A DNA stretch of 45,142 nucleotides, taken from positions 1-45,142 of the forward strand of contig KZ538838.1 of assembly GCA_000934665.2 (NCBI GenBank), in the 5' to 3' direction. Numbering within the stretch: position 1 is the stretch's first letter; the number at the start of each line of letters is the position of its first letter. This DNA comes from Catajapyx aquilonaris. Lineage: Eukaryota. A program made the position numbers and the translations under genes. Positions 21,616 to 33,619 of this stretch are shown here, piece after piece. Below the pieces are notes generated by a model, which saw only the letters and a list, made by a program, of their open reading frames with translations, was not told where the DNA came from and made no database searches.

Positions 21616-24600
21616 GTATGGGATGTTTCATGTATATAAGGCACAAGTTTTGTACCGTTCAGTAGATGTTGCGGTCCAGAAGCGGCACTTTTCAGTCGAC
21701 CGCATAAGCTGTCCGATTATAAATGGGCACATTTCTTATAGGCAAAAGGCACAAACTTTTTGTACCGTTGCCTAAGAAGGGGTTCTGTTTGGCACGACAT
21801 AATCTCGGTAGTTGAACTTAACACCTTTTAATGGTTATTGTCACTGTTGGCATGCAGTTACCGCTATTGGACGTAGCGTATGTCCATGCAGGTATAAATT
21901 GAGAAGAGGGAGGGGGGGGGGGGTGAAACCAATTATGAGTGGGAGGTGTGGAATGCAGCATTGCCAATAATAAGTAACGGGGTTGAGATGGGTGTAGCAT
22001 ATGTTGCCACAAGGATATTTCGCGGGGAGAATGCGTTCGGTCGATAGGTCGTATTGCGGATTGTTCGGAAAGGATACCGGACACTGCTGGACCCTTATGC
22101 CAAATGTATTGCTGACACAACGGGGAAATTCTTCAAATTTATCATGAGCACAGTAATATTTTTGAGACTGAATATCAAGTGACATTTTTGTACACGTCAG
22201 GCTATATGTATATGATCTGTTCAGGAAGATATGACAGAATAGGTCACACAGTATGAAAGGCAATTAGTGGAATGTATTAGCTAGTAACCAGTAACTTGCA
22301 CCAACTCTATGAACTTATGTGTAACAATACGTTGCTAAATAGCCGTAGAGCATGGAAAATCATTTTATACACGCTGCTTGGAGATTGATTGAGGCTATTT
22401 CGCGGATCACGCGATATATAAAATTGACTGCCCGGATGTCCTCATCTGCATGGCTACTAATTGCATACTCAATACTGTAGTTGACCATATACAAAGTTGG
22501 AGAAATATTCCTTATATTAAAATACTACTCGAAAAACTTTGCTGTTATTGGCAGAAATATTTAAACCGAAGTATAATATTCTTATATTGCATATCGCTTC
22601 GTTTTTCAAACCATACATCAGTGCTGTGTTGAAATCATTGAATGATTACTTATCTCAAATACAAAAGGCGACATTTCACGTCTCTCTTTTTTCTAAACCC
22701 GAATATTGATTATAGTTAAATGTGCAGCTAATTTCTGTGTGTCGTGAGTCTTACAGCCAGATGCCAGCAAACTTTCAATTCAAAGACATGTTCAATTACA
22801 AACGCTAAGCGTGTGACGGGTGTTCATATATATGGGTTCAAGATCAACCCTGAAGGAATACAAAGTTCATGAATATAGTCGAGAGCATTTTAAAATTGAA
22901 CTGGATGAGATTGAAGAAATATATAAAAATTACGGATGAAATATAAACAATAAAATATTTGTTGTTACCTTTTTCCGTGCTGTGGTTGAACGTCCATTGA
23001 ATGACGCCAAATCGCCCAAAGGCAAATCATCTGGCCTGCAACATTCACCATTACTGCAAAGAGCAGGGTAATTACTAAAACTGTCTTACGTTCTTTGCTA
23101 ACCAACAGCACAAAAATATTAATTTGCAGTAATTCCGTTTTGAGTACGTATTGACAAGCATAATTATACAGAAATATTATTATTGAAGTTGCATATTGTT
23201 TTCTACTGGTATAAGTAATCACAGGCCTATCAATATTCAAATATACAGTACAATGCACCCCTGTACGCTGCTGTGTATATTATGTGACATAAAAATAATT
23301 TTATTATAATAACTATGGCAATAATATCTCTGTAAATCTTTCACTGCTTGTTATAAATCTAGTCTCGGATACCACATGACCGATTCAATAAATTATCAAT
23401 GTAAATATGCTTATCATGCCGCGAATAGCGTTCACGAACATGGCTGCAAGTAACGATAAACGAGAAGCCCATCCAAAGCCTCCAAACCCGAAAAGAAGAC
23501 GTCATATTGGAAGTATCTCGTTAATAGTTTTCCCTAACCTCCGACCCGTTCTAATCACGCAGACTTAATTGATCCTCCGGCTCTTTCAAATCCAGTTAGA
23601 AGGACGTTCCAATACAGGTAATAGGTTGTGTGAGAACAAGCGACATAGGCTTCCAGTAAGAAATATGAGGCCAAGTGTGAAGCAGAAGAGGCCGCCTTTA
23701 CTTTGTTCCTCTCCCACGAGAAGCCAGAATCCGGATCCATTAGCCGAGATTAGCTCATGGAAGGGAGCAGCAGAAGAGCGGTCAAAAGTAAAGCCAGTCT
23801 GAGCAGCAGCAATGCCTAAGATTGATATAAGGAAGTCACGACAGTGGATTTTGAGCTTCCCGTCCTGTCCCTTCCAGCTCCCGTAACAGACCATTTTTCA
23901 CACCCTGGCCTGGCCACCAATGCTTAATGAACTTTTCGGAGGAGGTGGGGAGGAGAGGGGGGGAGGGTTTCCTATTTTAAATAGGTTTACTTTTGCTTTT
24001 GCCGCACCTGCTTTAGAATGATGGCGTTGCAGCTACGATAGCCCGGATAAAGGGGCAAAAAAATGATTGGTCATTTCTCAACGGTGTTCAGAGGCACAAT
24101 TACCGCGGTGGAGTTGGGAGACTCCGATGCGCGAATAGGAACGTATCCTGCAACTGACGTTGTTGAACCAACTGAACAGGTCGAATGCAAGAATATACCA
24201 CTTGAGACAATTGATGAAAACGTAGTGTAGTCTTTCGCCTATTGAATCGTTATAATATAATATTATTTCAAGCTCATGCACTAGTTCTCAAAGATTACAT
24301 GCTAAATTAATTTCAGATAAAACCTTTGGATGCTAACCATTGTTTGCTGTGTGGGCAGCTTGTACAGGCTAAACAAATTTCGAGATTCCTGCTTTTGAAT
24401 GTAGTGCTGTGATTGCAAATTGCAGTTGCGAAAGTTACTGGGAAGATGTGCATGATCAATTTGTCGCTGTTGGACATGATGAAGAGGTAAGTCGATTGCT
24501 GAAATTCAATAGGAAGAAACCCTCAAGGCGCAGGCTTACAGGAAAGCGGCGACATAACTGCAGTAATTGGGCAATCAGAGGGTTCCAATTGCGCAAGATT

Positions 24601-24920
24601 CATTTCACGTTGTATGCGGTGAATCCCGATGGTCAAAACATTTGCGGTAAAAAAATAGGTCTAATATACGTGGCATGTTGTGAGAAAAGTAGCACTTTTC
24701 ATTAATGCGGAACTGTTGCATCACATAATGAGAAACAGGTTACTTACGGGTAATTAAGCTTGATTTAAAATAGTGCGTTGCGTAAGATTTAGTATAGGCA
24801 CATTCACATCTGCATTTGTAATGAAAGGCAACAAAATCAGTCGATAGTGATTTAAACTTGAACAAAGCATAACTAAAAATCGCCATTGATGAAGAAAGGT
24901 ACAATACTGTATACAGTATA

Positions 24921-25185
24921 ATTATGAAGACCTCGGGGAAGAACGATCAAGGTCCACCTCAGATGACACTGAGATATTACCATTTCAAATTTCGAAGGGC
25001 CATGTAAGGTTCTATTGTAAACCCCACTTTTGGGGCTTTCCCTGGTGACCTATGATCATTACTCCACAACCAGCATGACCAAACAATCATCTTCTACACT
25101 AGTAAAACTATCTTCTTAGATAATTATGTAACTCATTTTTGACAAAAAGTGGCCTGGATAGTTCTTCCCCCGAGGTCTTCATAAT
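24921..25185. mobile_element. Unclassified MITE (~265 bp) in gsb intron 1
   Basis: ~37-bp inverted termini ATTATGAAGACCTCGGGGAAGAACGATCAAGGTCCAC / GTGGCCTGGATAGTTCTTCCCCCGAGGTCTTCATAAT; TSD ambiguous. Confidence 0.75.
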
Positions 25186-27392
25186 GTAGTAGGCCTAGTC
25201 TCATTTCAGCAGTTTGTAAATTGGCCATACAGCACAGTTCTTTCAACTTGATAAGAGTATCAGTAATAAAAAATTATGAAATCACATACAGTACGTTGCA
25301 TGCTCTACTCAATAACAGGGACAGAAGTGTGGAAAATAATTAATACCCTAAATTCCTTGTTTTATAACAGCAGTGTGCAGTGACGTCAAAGCCATAATGT
25401 GATTGATTCCACATTAGAATAATATCCAGTAGGCTACTACACAGATTGAAATATCATTTGAGACACTTCTATTATTTGACCTTAATTAGTTCGACTTGTA
25501 TAGAAATGTCAAGCTGCGTAAAAACAGGGTGTTTTGATTGATTTGCTATTAGTGATTAGTGGTTTTTTGCCACTAATCTGTTTAATTTAAAGCAGTCCCT
25601 TTGGCACAGTTGTTTATAAGTAATCAAATATATTGGCTGATTAAATTCGGTTCCATGAAAATATATCTATAAGGCACGGTTTCATGGCTTCTGAAGGTGT
25701 TTCTATATCGGAAAAATAGAAATAGAAAGTGACTCGAAATGTGCGGTACGTTTGCACATCTCCATCATCTGGCTTTTGTTTCCATGCGCAGAAAGGGTGA
25801 CTCGGAAAAAATCATACAAGTCCATATATTTATAAACTTTTAACCTATATGGGCGTGATGAAGTCGCCTAAAAAGCATGTCCTCCACTGAATACATTGAA
25901 TGTAGTCTTCCAGCTTATAATAACGGCTTCATAATTCGCAATTTTCGACCTGTATAACATATACACACATCCCATGTTCTGTGACCGTCCGCTAATCGGA
26001 ACTTAAAATCGGGCGTTACAAATGTATTGAACCGCTCTTTTTCGTCGCCAATTTTACTCTCAGTGACGCTACAGCACATACGTACATGTGCTCCTCAGAT
26101 CATTTATGTGTAGAATGCGATATACATCATCCAAGTTGGCAATTTGTGGATTTGTTATGATGTTCTCTGGTTACGGTATATGTTTCCTTTCTGACCAATC
26201 GTTATCAGCAGCGTATATCTCGCTGCACACTCTATACTTACAATCGACGACGAGCCTTCCAATCTGCTATTATATAGTAAACATTTTTGATAACTCCCAA
26301 GAGCAACTGCTTATGAATGAGTTCTCTATAGTGCCAGAAAAGCTGGACCCAATACGGACATTTCAATTGGATTTTCCTATTTTATCCATGCACTGCACAA
26401 ATTCCATTTCGCAAAACAATGACCAACAGTCACGTGTATAGTACCGTACATTTATATGGTAATAAGTGATATTACTTTAATTTGCAACCCAGAAACATTC
26501 CCCTTTCGTAAATAAATGCGATGAAACAACAACAATCATGACTTAGCACGGCCATGTATATAAAAGTGGTACCTGAAACCCTATGCTGATTTCGCAGTTC
26601 AAATTCTTCAGTTGACTGGCAATGAGTAGCTTAATCTAATGCAAGTAAAGTATTGCAGTGTAAGCCATGCTACTAAATTCCATGAAATTTGGAATCTTGC
26701 AAGGTTTTGCCGATTTCATTGCATTTACCTAAAGAAGGCCTCCTGCACTGTAGCTACACTTTGCATTGAATCTACTCTAAATATGAATGGATGGATGAAT
26801 GAATGAATGAATCCACCAGAGAAAAATATTCACTTCCGGCAAATAAAGAAAGCGTAACAATATTAACCACAATCAATTCCTACAAGTAATAAATGTGTTT
26901 TGGGTTATGTGAAAAGTAAAGGCGGATAACCTATTATAATATCTTTGTGCAGAGAGGGCATACTTGATGGCACACCTCTTAAAAGCGGCATGTCTTCTGA
27001 TAGCTTGTCTACTCGCCCATCCAGGGCTGAAGGGCATCCTTCTCATAGACCACTGGGTGGTAAATATGTGCAAAAAAAATATCCCGAGTGTTACGAATCG
27101 TCCAACCGGAAAAGTGCACACCCAGATATGCTGGAGGCCCTTCCAGCAACAGTCACAATTTGGATTGCTGCAAGGCGCGGCCCAAGTGTGGGCAATTAGG
27201 TTTTATAAAATAGCGATTAAACCGTGACATTATTTCAGGCTCATCTGCATACCTGGTGCATTGTCATTCGTATAATATCATTTATTCTCTTCCTGATGTG
27301 GCAGACACACAAACTGAGCTTCCTTCAGACTATCGTGCATGATATTGACCTGTCATCATTTCTACTACCTGGAGACCTATCTTGGTCCACAG

Positions 27393-27706
27393 GACAGGGG
27401 CGCGTGAACCAGCTGGGAGGGGTGTTCATCAACGGGCGTCCCCTGCCAAACCACATCCGACTCAAGATCGTCGAGATGGCCGCCGCTGGGGTCAGGCCCT
27501 GCGTCATCTCCCGTCAGCTCAGGGTCTCCCACGGATGCGTCTCAAAGATACTCAACCGGTACCAGGAGACTGGGTCCATCCGACCTGGGGTCATCGGAGG
27601 AAGCAAGCCAAGAGTGGCCACCCCAGACGTGGAGAAGAAAATTGACGACTACAAGAGAGACAACCCGGGGATCTTCTCCTGGGAGATACGCGAACGTCTC
27701 ATCAAG
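27393..27706 (+). CDS. gsb: gsb/Pax3/7 coding exon 2 (most of the paired domain)
   Basis: ccacag|[56 protein letters not shown]...[11 protein letters not shown]; donor AAG|gtaagt, phase 0. Confidence 0.97.
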
Positions 27707-28109
27707 GTAAGTCAGAAGCTCCCCCCAAAAAAACGCTAATAAATTTAAATGCTAGCTAGGCCTGGGTTGAGAGTGTGATCCTAATCGTATTCCTCCTTTC
27801 GGCGTGATGTGTAATTATGTCATTACTAAAGCTGAGAAGTTGGCGGTGTAATAAGCTGGCGCCTCAGCTGTTGAGTCCTGACTTGATGCGATGGAGAAGC
27901 TATTAAGACGGAAATAAACTTAATGCTCGGGGTCGAGGTGTGTCCGGCCATTTTGGTTCGGTGAGACTCGTAAAAATCTGAATGGAACAACCCTGGCTGG
28001 GTGACTGTTATGAGAGTCGAATGCTATAAACTCGAATGTCTAATTTGCCAACAAAAGCCGAGTGATTTCTTAAATGCAAATTAAACGTCCCTTTCTTTTG
28101 TGTGTCCAG

Positions 28110-28230
28110 GACGGAGTGTGTGACAAAAATGGCGCTCCTTCAGTCAGCTCCATCAGCCGACTCCTTCGAGGAGCAACCAGAAAAGATGAGCCGATGAACA
28201 AGAAGGATCATACCATCGACGGAATTCTTG
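28110..28230 (+). CDS. gsb: gsb/Pax3/7 coding exon 3 (end of paired domain and octapeptide)
   Basis: gtccag|GAC; DGVCDKNGAPSVSSISRLLR...HTIDGILG; donor G|gtaagt, phase 1. Confidence 0.96.
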
Positions 28231-31037
28231 GTAAGTTCGCTTCATTGTTAAAAAATTAAACAATGGGGATATTAATCCAAAGGCGATAAACATGCAAGAG
28301 AAATTCATATATTTCCAAGCGTGGGTATTACGTATGCAAACGGTTTCAAAAAGGCGAGTTTTGCTCAGGGCCTTTAAAAATAAGGTAAAAATAATAATGC
28401 GAGAAGGGGGGTCCCCGCTAGGTGGGGCGGGAAGAGTCATAGGAAGCTCCTTTGGTGGGTTGGGGAGTGGGGGGGCCTTCCCCACCTTCCCAGAACTTCA
28501 AAGGAGCCGCGGCGATGCCTCAATGCCAGTTCTACCTGACAACGTTTTTGCTTCGTCCAGACAGGAGGCTGGACCTTATCAAGCATACCCGGGTATCGAG
28601 GTGCGTAAAGGAGGATTTGACTATTCAACTATCCGACTGGTTATGGTTCCTTTACAAGAGGGGTAGGCGTGTGGTGGGTAGGGGGAAAAAAAAGAGTAGT
28701 CTTCAAAAATTGCCAGTTTTTTCACCCAAATTCTTAGTAAGCTAGGGGGATCCTCTAGCTCCGGATCCCGACACCCGGAGATTAATGGCCACCTGACTTG
28801 ACTTGACCTCGTGGAGTCATGCACCACGGGATTTACATCTAGCCAGCTTTTCACACAAAAATGTCGGCGGCTATTCCGCCAAGATGAGAGCATAAATCCC
28901 ATACGGCTTTTATTAATTCAAAGCACCGCACACTCAATACCATGCTATTCGATACGTAGATGGGATCTTACAATGTAACAGTAATTTATTTTAAATAAAT
29001 AAAAATTGAATTATTAAATTTGAGCAAGTTTCCTATAGTCTAAAAATCGCCAATGTTGAGAAAGAAATTCGCATTTCCCAAAAAATGTTCTGAAATAGGT
29101 AGCCTTGTTTTGATAATGACCTACTCAAAGTTAGGGAAGAAAATTAGTGTAGATCATTTTGCGTATTAGCAAAGGTTATAGACTGTACGTGATCATTACC
29201 AGTCCGTTACAAACTGAATACAAACCGGATAATCCGCAATTCCACGTTACGGCAGCGCATGATTTAGTACAAAAAGAACCAATATTTTAACGCACATTAC
29301 TAACCTCATTTATGAAGTACTGTACAGTATTTCCATATTGGATTCTGATGAGAAAATATTTGCGCCATATGCAACTTAGCTAAAAGGTACTTGCCATTCC
29401 CGATCTACATCAAAAATCTTGCAAGCATATTACCTGGTTGTTCAGCTCATCTTCCCGATCAAGGTGCAAGAGTCCAGAAAAAAAATTAATTAAAAACCTG
29501 CAAAAAGTTGCGCCGAAAGTTGCCGGCCATGCCAGCTCGCGACCTGAAAAATTCCATATTATATGACGAATTGTGCACATTTCCGGCCCACTAGAGGTCA
29601 CAATGCAACCCAATTGTCATCTGGGAAAGATTTTTGATTCATCCTCAGACCCGAGTACTCTTCAGGGGTTGATTAAAAGGCCATTAAGACATTGCGTGCT
29701 GGCCAAATGAAGAGGCCATCTTCGTGATGTCACACGCAATTTTTTAAAAAAATGGCCGTTTTTTTAACGCCTCCGCTAGTCACGACTTATGAAATTGATG
29801 CAACTCCTTAATTTACCGGATCTTGGAAAAACCGACAGTGCTGCTACCGGTAGCTGTGATTAAAAATCGCGAGCAAAAATTTTCTCAATTTGCATATTAA
29901 TGTCCCCATGTCTTTTGCGGTCCGGGGATAAGGAAGAGCGACGACCACCGTGATGGCCTCGTGGAATAGGAGGGGCCTCCATCATCACATGGTAAATAAG
30001 GGTCTCAGCAGGGAGCCCAGACTCCCAAGAGCCCAGCCTTCGTCGTAAAGACGAAACCCTTATTCCCCAAGTCGCCATCAGAAGCCTTTAGAGCGCCCAT
30101 TAGCCCATGAATGCCAATCATCCTCATGCAACTGCCCAACCTCATTACAAAGCCACAATCGGGCTTCCAAAACGTGGATTTGCTAGTTGCCAATTTTTCA
30201 TACGTTGCTTGTGGTGAATATAATAAATTTTTTTTTTTGAGAGAGAGGGCGCGAGATTTGAAACCACCAGGAGGTCAACCCCCCAGGAGGTCAGCCTTGC
30301 ACAGAAAAAAAAGGGTAGCTCCCGTCATAAACCCTGTCCTGTGGAGAAATTATTTTAAATTATTAGGAGCGGGCCTTGAAGGAGTGACCCGCAGGTGTGA
30401 ATCCCTCACCGACGGACATAAATTTCGGCGGAGATGGCGAATTGTCCTAGGAAAAGAAGTATGGCGAGGGAATGGCCCCACGTGTGGATTGTGTGGGTGG
30501 CAAAAGCATGATGCCGCCATTTATTGCCTTGTGGTTATTCTTTCGTTGCAACCCTAACAACAAATGGAGGGAGAAAAATAATTACAAGCGGAATTATTGT
30601 CGTGGAGGTACACTCACCATACAACTTGGAGAAAGTTATGTTGGCTGTTTTACATTGGAGTGTTATACGTGGGGAAACATAGTGTAAGTCGGTCGTTCCG
30701 CCAAATCACTGTTTAGGAATTAAGTTTTGGGCGGGAGTCAGGAGGTTTTAGAGACTCAGACTGTAAAAGTTGCCCAATATGGAATACCCGCTCGTATATG
30801 CTCACCTCTTGTGGGGTTTGGGCACACATTGTCGCGAATAGAAAAATTTGCAACTTGAACTTCTTGCTGGTTACAACTACTAGATTATCTTGAGAAGACC
30901 ACAATAGGAATATGGGATAGTCTGATGCTTGATATGTCTTAAAACCGGACCTATGAGTCATTGTGTAGTAATTGAAACTATCAATAAGTTTTTTCCCGCC
31001 ATTACCTCATCTGAGGAGGCCAATCACGCCTCGGTTA

Positions 31038-31448
31038 GGGGTCGTCCAAATAACACGTGACCGATATTTGGCCACTTTTTGACCCCCCCTCCCCCCAGTG
31101 ACCGACCGTGGTATCCATTGGAACCCCCACTCCCCCTTTTTCACGTGTTTTTTTTAAATGTCAATGTTATCAGAAAACACGCGATCCAAATTGATAGCTC
31201 CTCAACTAAACTGTTTAAGCACGTAAAAAACATGTCTCCCCTTGTTTTCGGGGTCGCTAATTTCGAATTTTAGGTTATTTTGAACCCATGTGCATCTGTA
31301 CTGTAGAAGCTCCCATATGTGCCAATTCACTGTGTTCAGAGATACCACGTGAATTTTCGCCGACCCCCTCCCCCCGTGACCAACCGTGGTGTATCAGCAG
31401 ACCCCCCCCCCTCCCCCCAAAACGGTCATGTGGTATATGGACGACCCC
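31038..31448. mobile_element. PIF/Harbinger-type MITE (411 bp) in gsb intron 3
   Basis: 26-bp TIR GGGGTCGTCCAAATAACACGTGACCG (23/26 inverted match at the right end); TTA TSD at 31035-31037 and 31449-31451; internal direct repeats. Confidence 0.9.
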
Positions 31449-32080
31449 TTATCGGAGTAGACGCAAACAATAATTATCCTGATTAACTGTAACTTTAACT
31501 CGCAAAATAATTTTTATTCGAAATAATTTGTTGTTAAATTATTTTCTCTTAAAGAAACTACCTGAGAGATCGAGTAAGTTACCCGTTAAAATTCTGGAAA
31601 TTGGCTCAGATCATGGCCTTATAAAGTCATTAAACATATAGGCGAAATTATGCCCATCATTTTCTCGAGACCAAATGAGGGCTCCGGCTCTAAATGAAGT
31701 TATCCGGCGTGTAGCCCAAATAATGCCAATTTGAAGCCATGTATACGTTCGTGTTCGGTTGTGTGGCTTGCTGAGTGTTGTTGTGAGCAATAAGGGTTGG
31801 GGAAGAAGCAAGATGATAACGTTGAAGGCGGCAGTGGGTATACCCCGGGGCGGAATTTCATCTCGTGCGGGTAATTATGTGTTTCAAGCCGTGTTTTCAG
31901 CTAATGGGAGGCGCGGCCCAGGTTTCGGTTTGCCCTCTGCCCGCTATTTTACTCCCGATTGTGCTTCGCCGAGGCATAAGTCAGGCCACCCTGCCTACAT
32001 GCGGAAGTGCTTTCTTTCCATTATTTTCATCTTGGCCAGTGGAGATAACAATGCTCCATTTCTAATTTGCGATTTGCTGA

Positions 32081-32305
<225 letters not shown>

Positions 32306-32398
32306 TGAGTAGTCGTCACCCTGATTTGTTCCGAACAAAAACTATTGCATCCCTGAAAGAAGCATGCGAAACTTGGCCCCGCCCGGGACTTGTTCCAG

Positions 32399-32568
32399 GA
32401 CCAAGCTGACCGAGGCCAGGGTCCAAGTCTGGTTCAGCAATCGGAGGGCCAGGTTACGAAAGCAGCTCAACACGCAGCAGCTCAACGCCTTTAACTCCAT
32501 GGCTCTTCAGAGCGGTTTCAGCAACCAGTACAACCTGCCCGAACATGCCTCCAATTTCCAGCCGCAAG
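32399..32568 (+). CDS. gsb: gsb/Pax3/7 coding exon 5 (homeodomain helix 3, Ser50)
   Basis: ttccag|[29 protein letters not shown]; donor G|gtaaag, phase 1. Confidence 0.96.
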
Positions 32569-32640
32569 GTAAAGAAATATATGCCTAATTTTATGTTTGC
32601 AATCTCGAGGGCGTGTGGCCATGTTGTGTGTTGTCGACAG

Positions 32641-32971
32641 GAACAACGGCATGGAGTCAGCAGGGTTCGTGTGGTTCGCTGGCGTACAATGCGTATGGTC
32701 AAGCAGGATTGTCCGAGTCTGGTGTGGTTGTGGCGGCTGTTGCGACGCCTCCGACGCTGGGTCTGGCGTCGTCGCCCAGTGCAACAGCGCCAGCGGTACC
32801 ACCGACGTCGTCATCTTCCTCAGCAGCCACAGGCTCATTAGGCCAGTTCCATCAGTCATACCCGACGCCTTCTTCGGCCTGGACTCATCGTCAGGCTAAG
32901 ACCACCGAGGCCTCTGCTGCTTCCGGAGGATGGCCCACCAGCGTGCCTGTCATCACTGCAGACAACTACGG
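32641..32971 (+). CDS. gsb: gsb/Pax3/7 coding exon 6 (Ser/Ala/Thr/Pro-rich C-terminal region)
   Basis: gacag|GA continues in frame (GTTAWSQQ...ADNYG); probable donor GG|gtttgt, phase 2. Confidence 0.82.
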
Positions 32972-33150
32972 GTTTGTACCTGTTTATTATACAACTGCTG
33001 AAGTCAGGGAATCAGATGGTGAATTAAACGCGCGAATGTCACGGAAATTAAATGGTTCGATTCACATCGGTTGTTCCGGGTGTTGGTTCTGGCGACTTGA
33101 ATGGGCGCATGGCAACTAATTTTTAAACCTATTTTTATTTATGACCGTAG

Positions 33151-33298
33151 ATTGTTCGGAAGCGGATCCGGCCACTATCCGTCTGCAGCTACGATGACCT
33201 CGCACCCACATTCCTCAGGAGAGGTCAAGCCTGCCTACCCTTATTTTGGTCAACTAGCAAGCATGGAGTCAGGGATGATGTGCAGTCGCGTCCACTGA
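33151..33298 (+). CDS. gsb: gsb/Pax3/7 coding exon 7 (terminal; ...KPAYPYFGQLASMESGMMCSRVH-stop)
   Basis: T-rich acceptor ccgtag|A is phase-compatible with exon 6; the seven exons sum to 1311 nt = 436 aa plus stop. Confidence 0.78.
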
Positions 33299-33353
33299 TT
33301 CGTTCTGATCGTTCGGATTGTGCAGTGTGCCGTGGACCAATGGACACCCGGAT

Positions 33354-33361
33354 CTGTGATA
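33354..33361 (+). promoter_or_regulatory. K-box (miR-2 family site) in gsb 3' UTR
   Basis: CTGTGATA, 55 nt after the stop codon. Confidence 0.5.
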
Positions 33362-33613
33362 AGTGTGTGTGTAAAGACGTGTCATGCATGTTTGGTGTAT
33401 AGAGTTTTTTCCGGATCGTCAAAGTAGAACTAACTGATGGCCTATTGTGTGGTAAGAGTTGCATCATTGACCTGCCATATCTCCCGCTCCATCCACACCG
33501 TCACTTCACTTTAGCAATGTATCCTGTACAAATTGTTTACGTAACCCTTCGTATTATGTGCTACGACTAATTTATTATTGTAGTTCCTTCAATAATGGCG
33601 TGATATTTGTCAA

Positions 33614-33619
33614 AATAAA
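33614..33619 (+). terminator. Polyadenylation signal of gsb
   Basis: AATAAA ~315 nt after the stop codon, with T-rich sequence downstream. Confidence 0.65.

Noticed and set aside
20991..21665. 224-aa ORF upstream of gsb
   Set aside because: No recognisable domain; only 21561-21615 is credible coding sequence and the rest is promoter, UTR and intron read in frame.
27224..27392. Hydrophobic N-terminal extension of the paired-domain ORF
   Set aside because: Intronic read-through with a non-ATG start; the acceptor at 27392 joined to exon 1 gives the canonical N-terminus.
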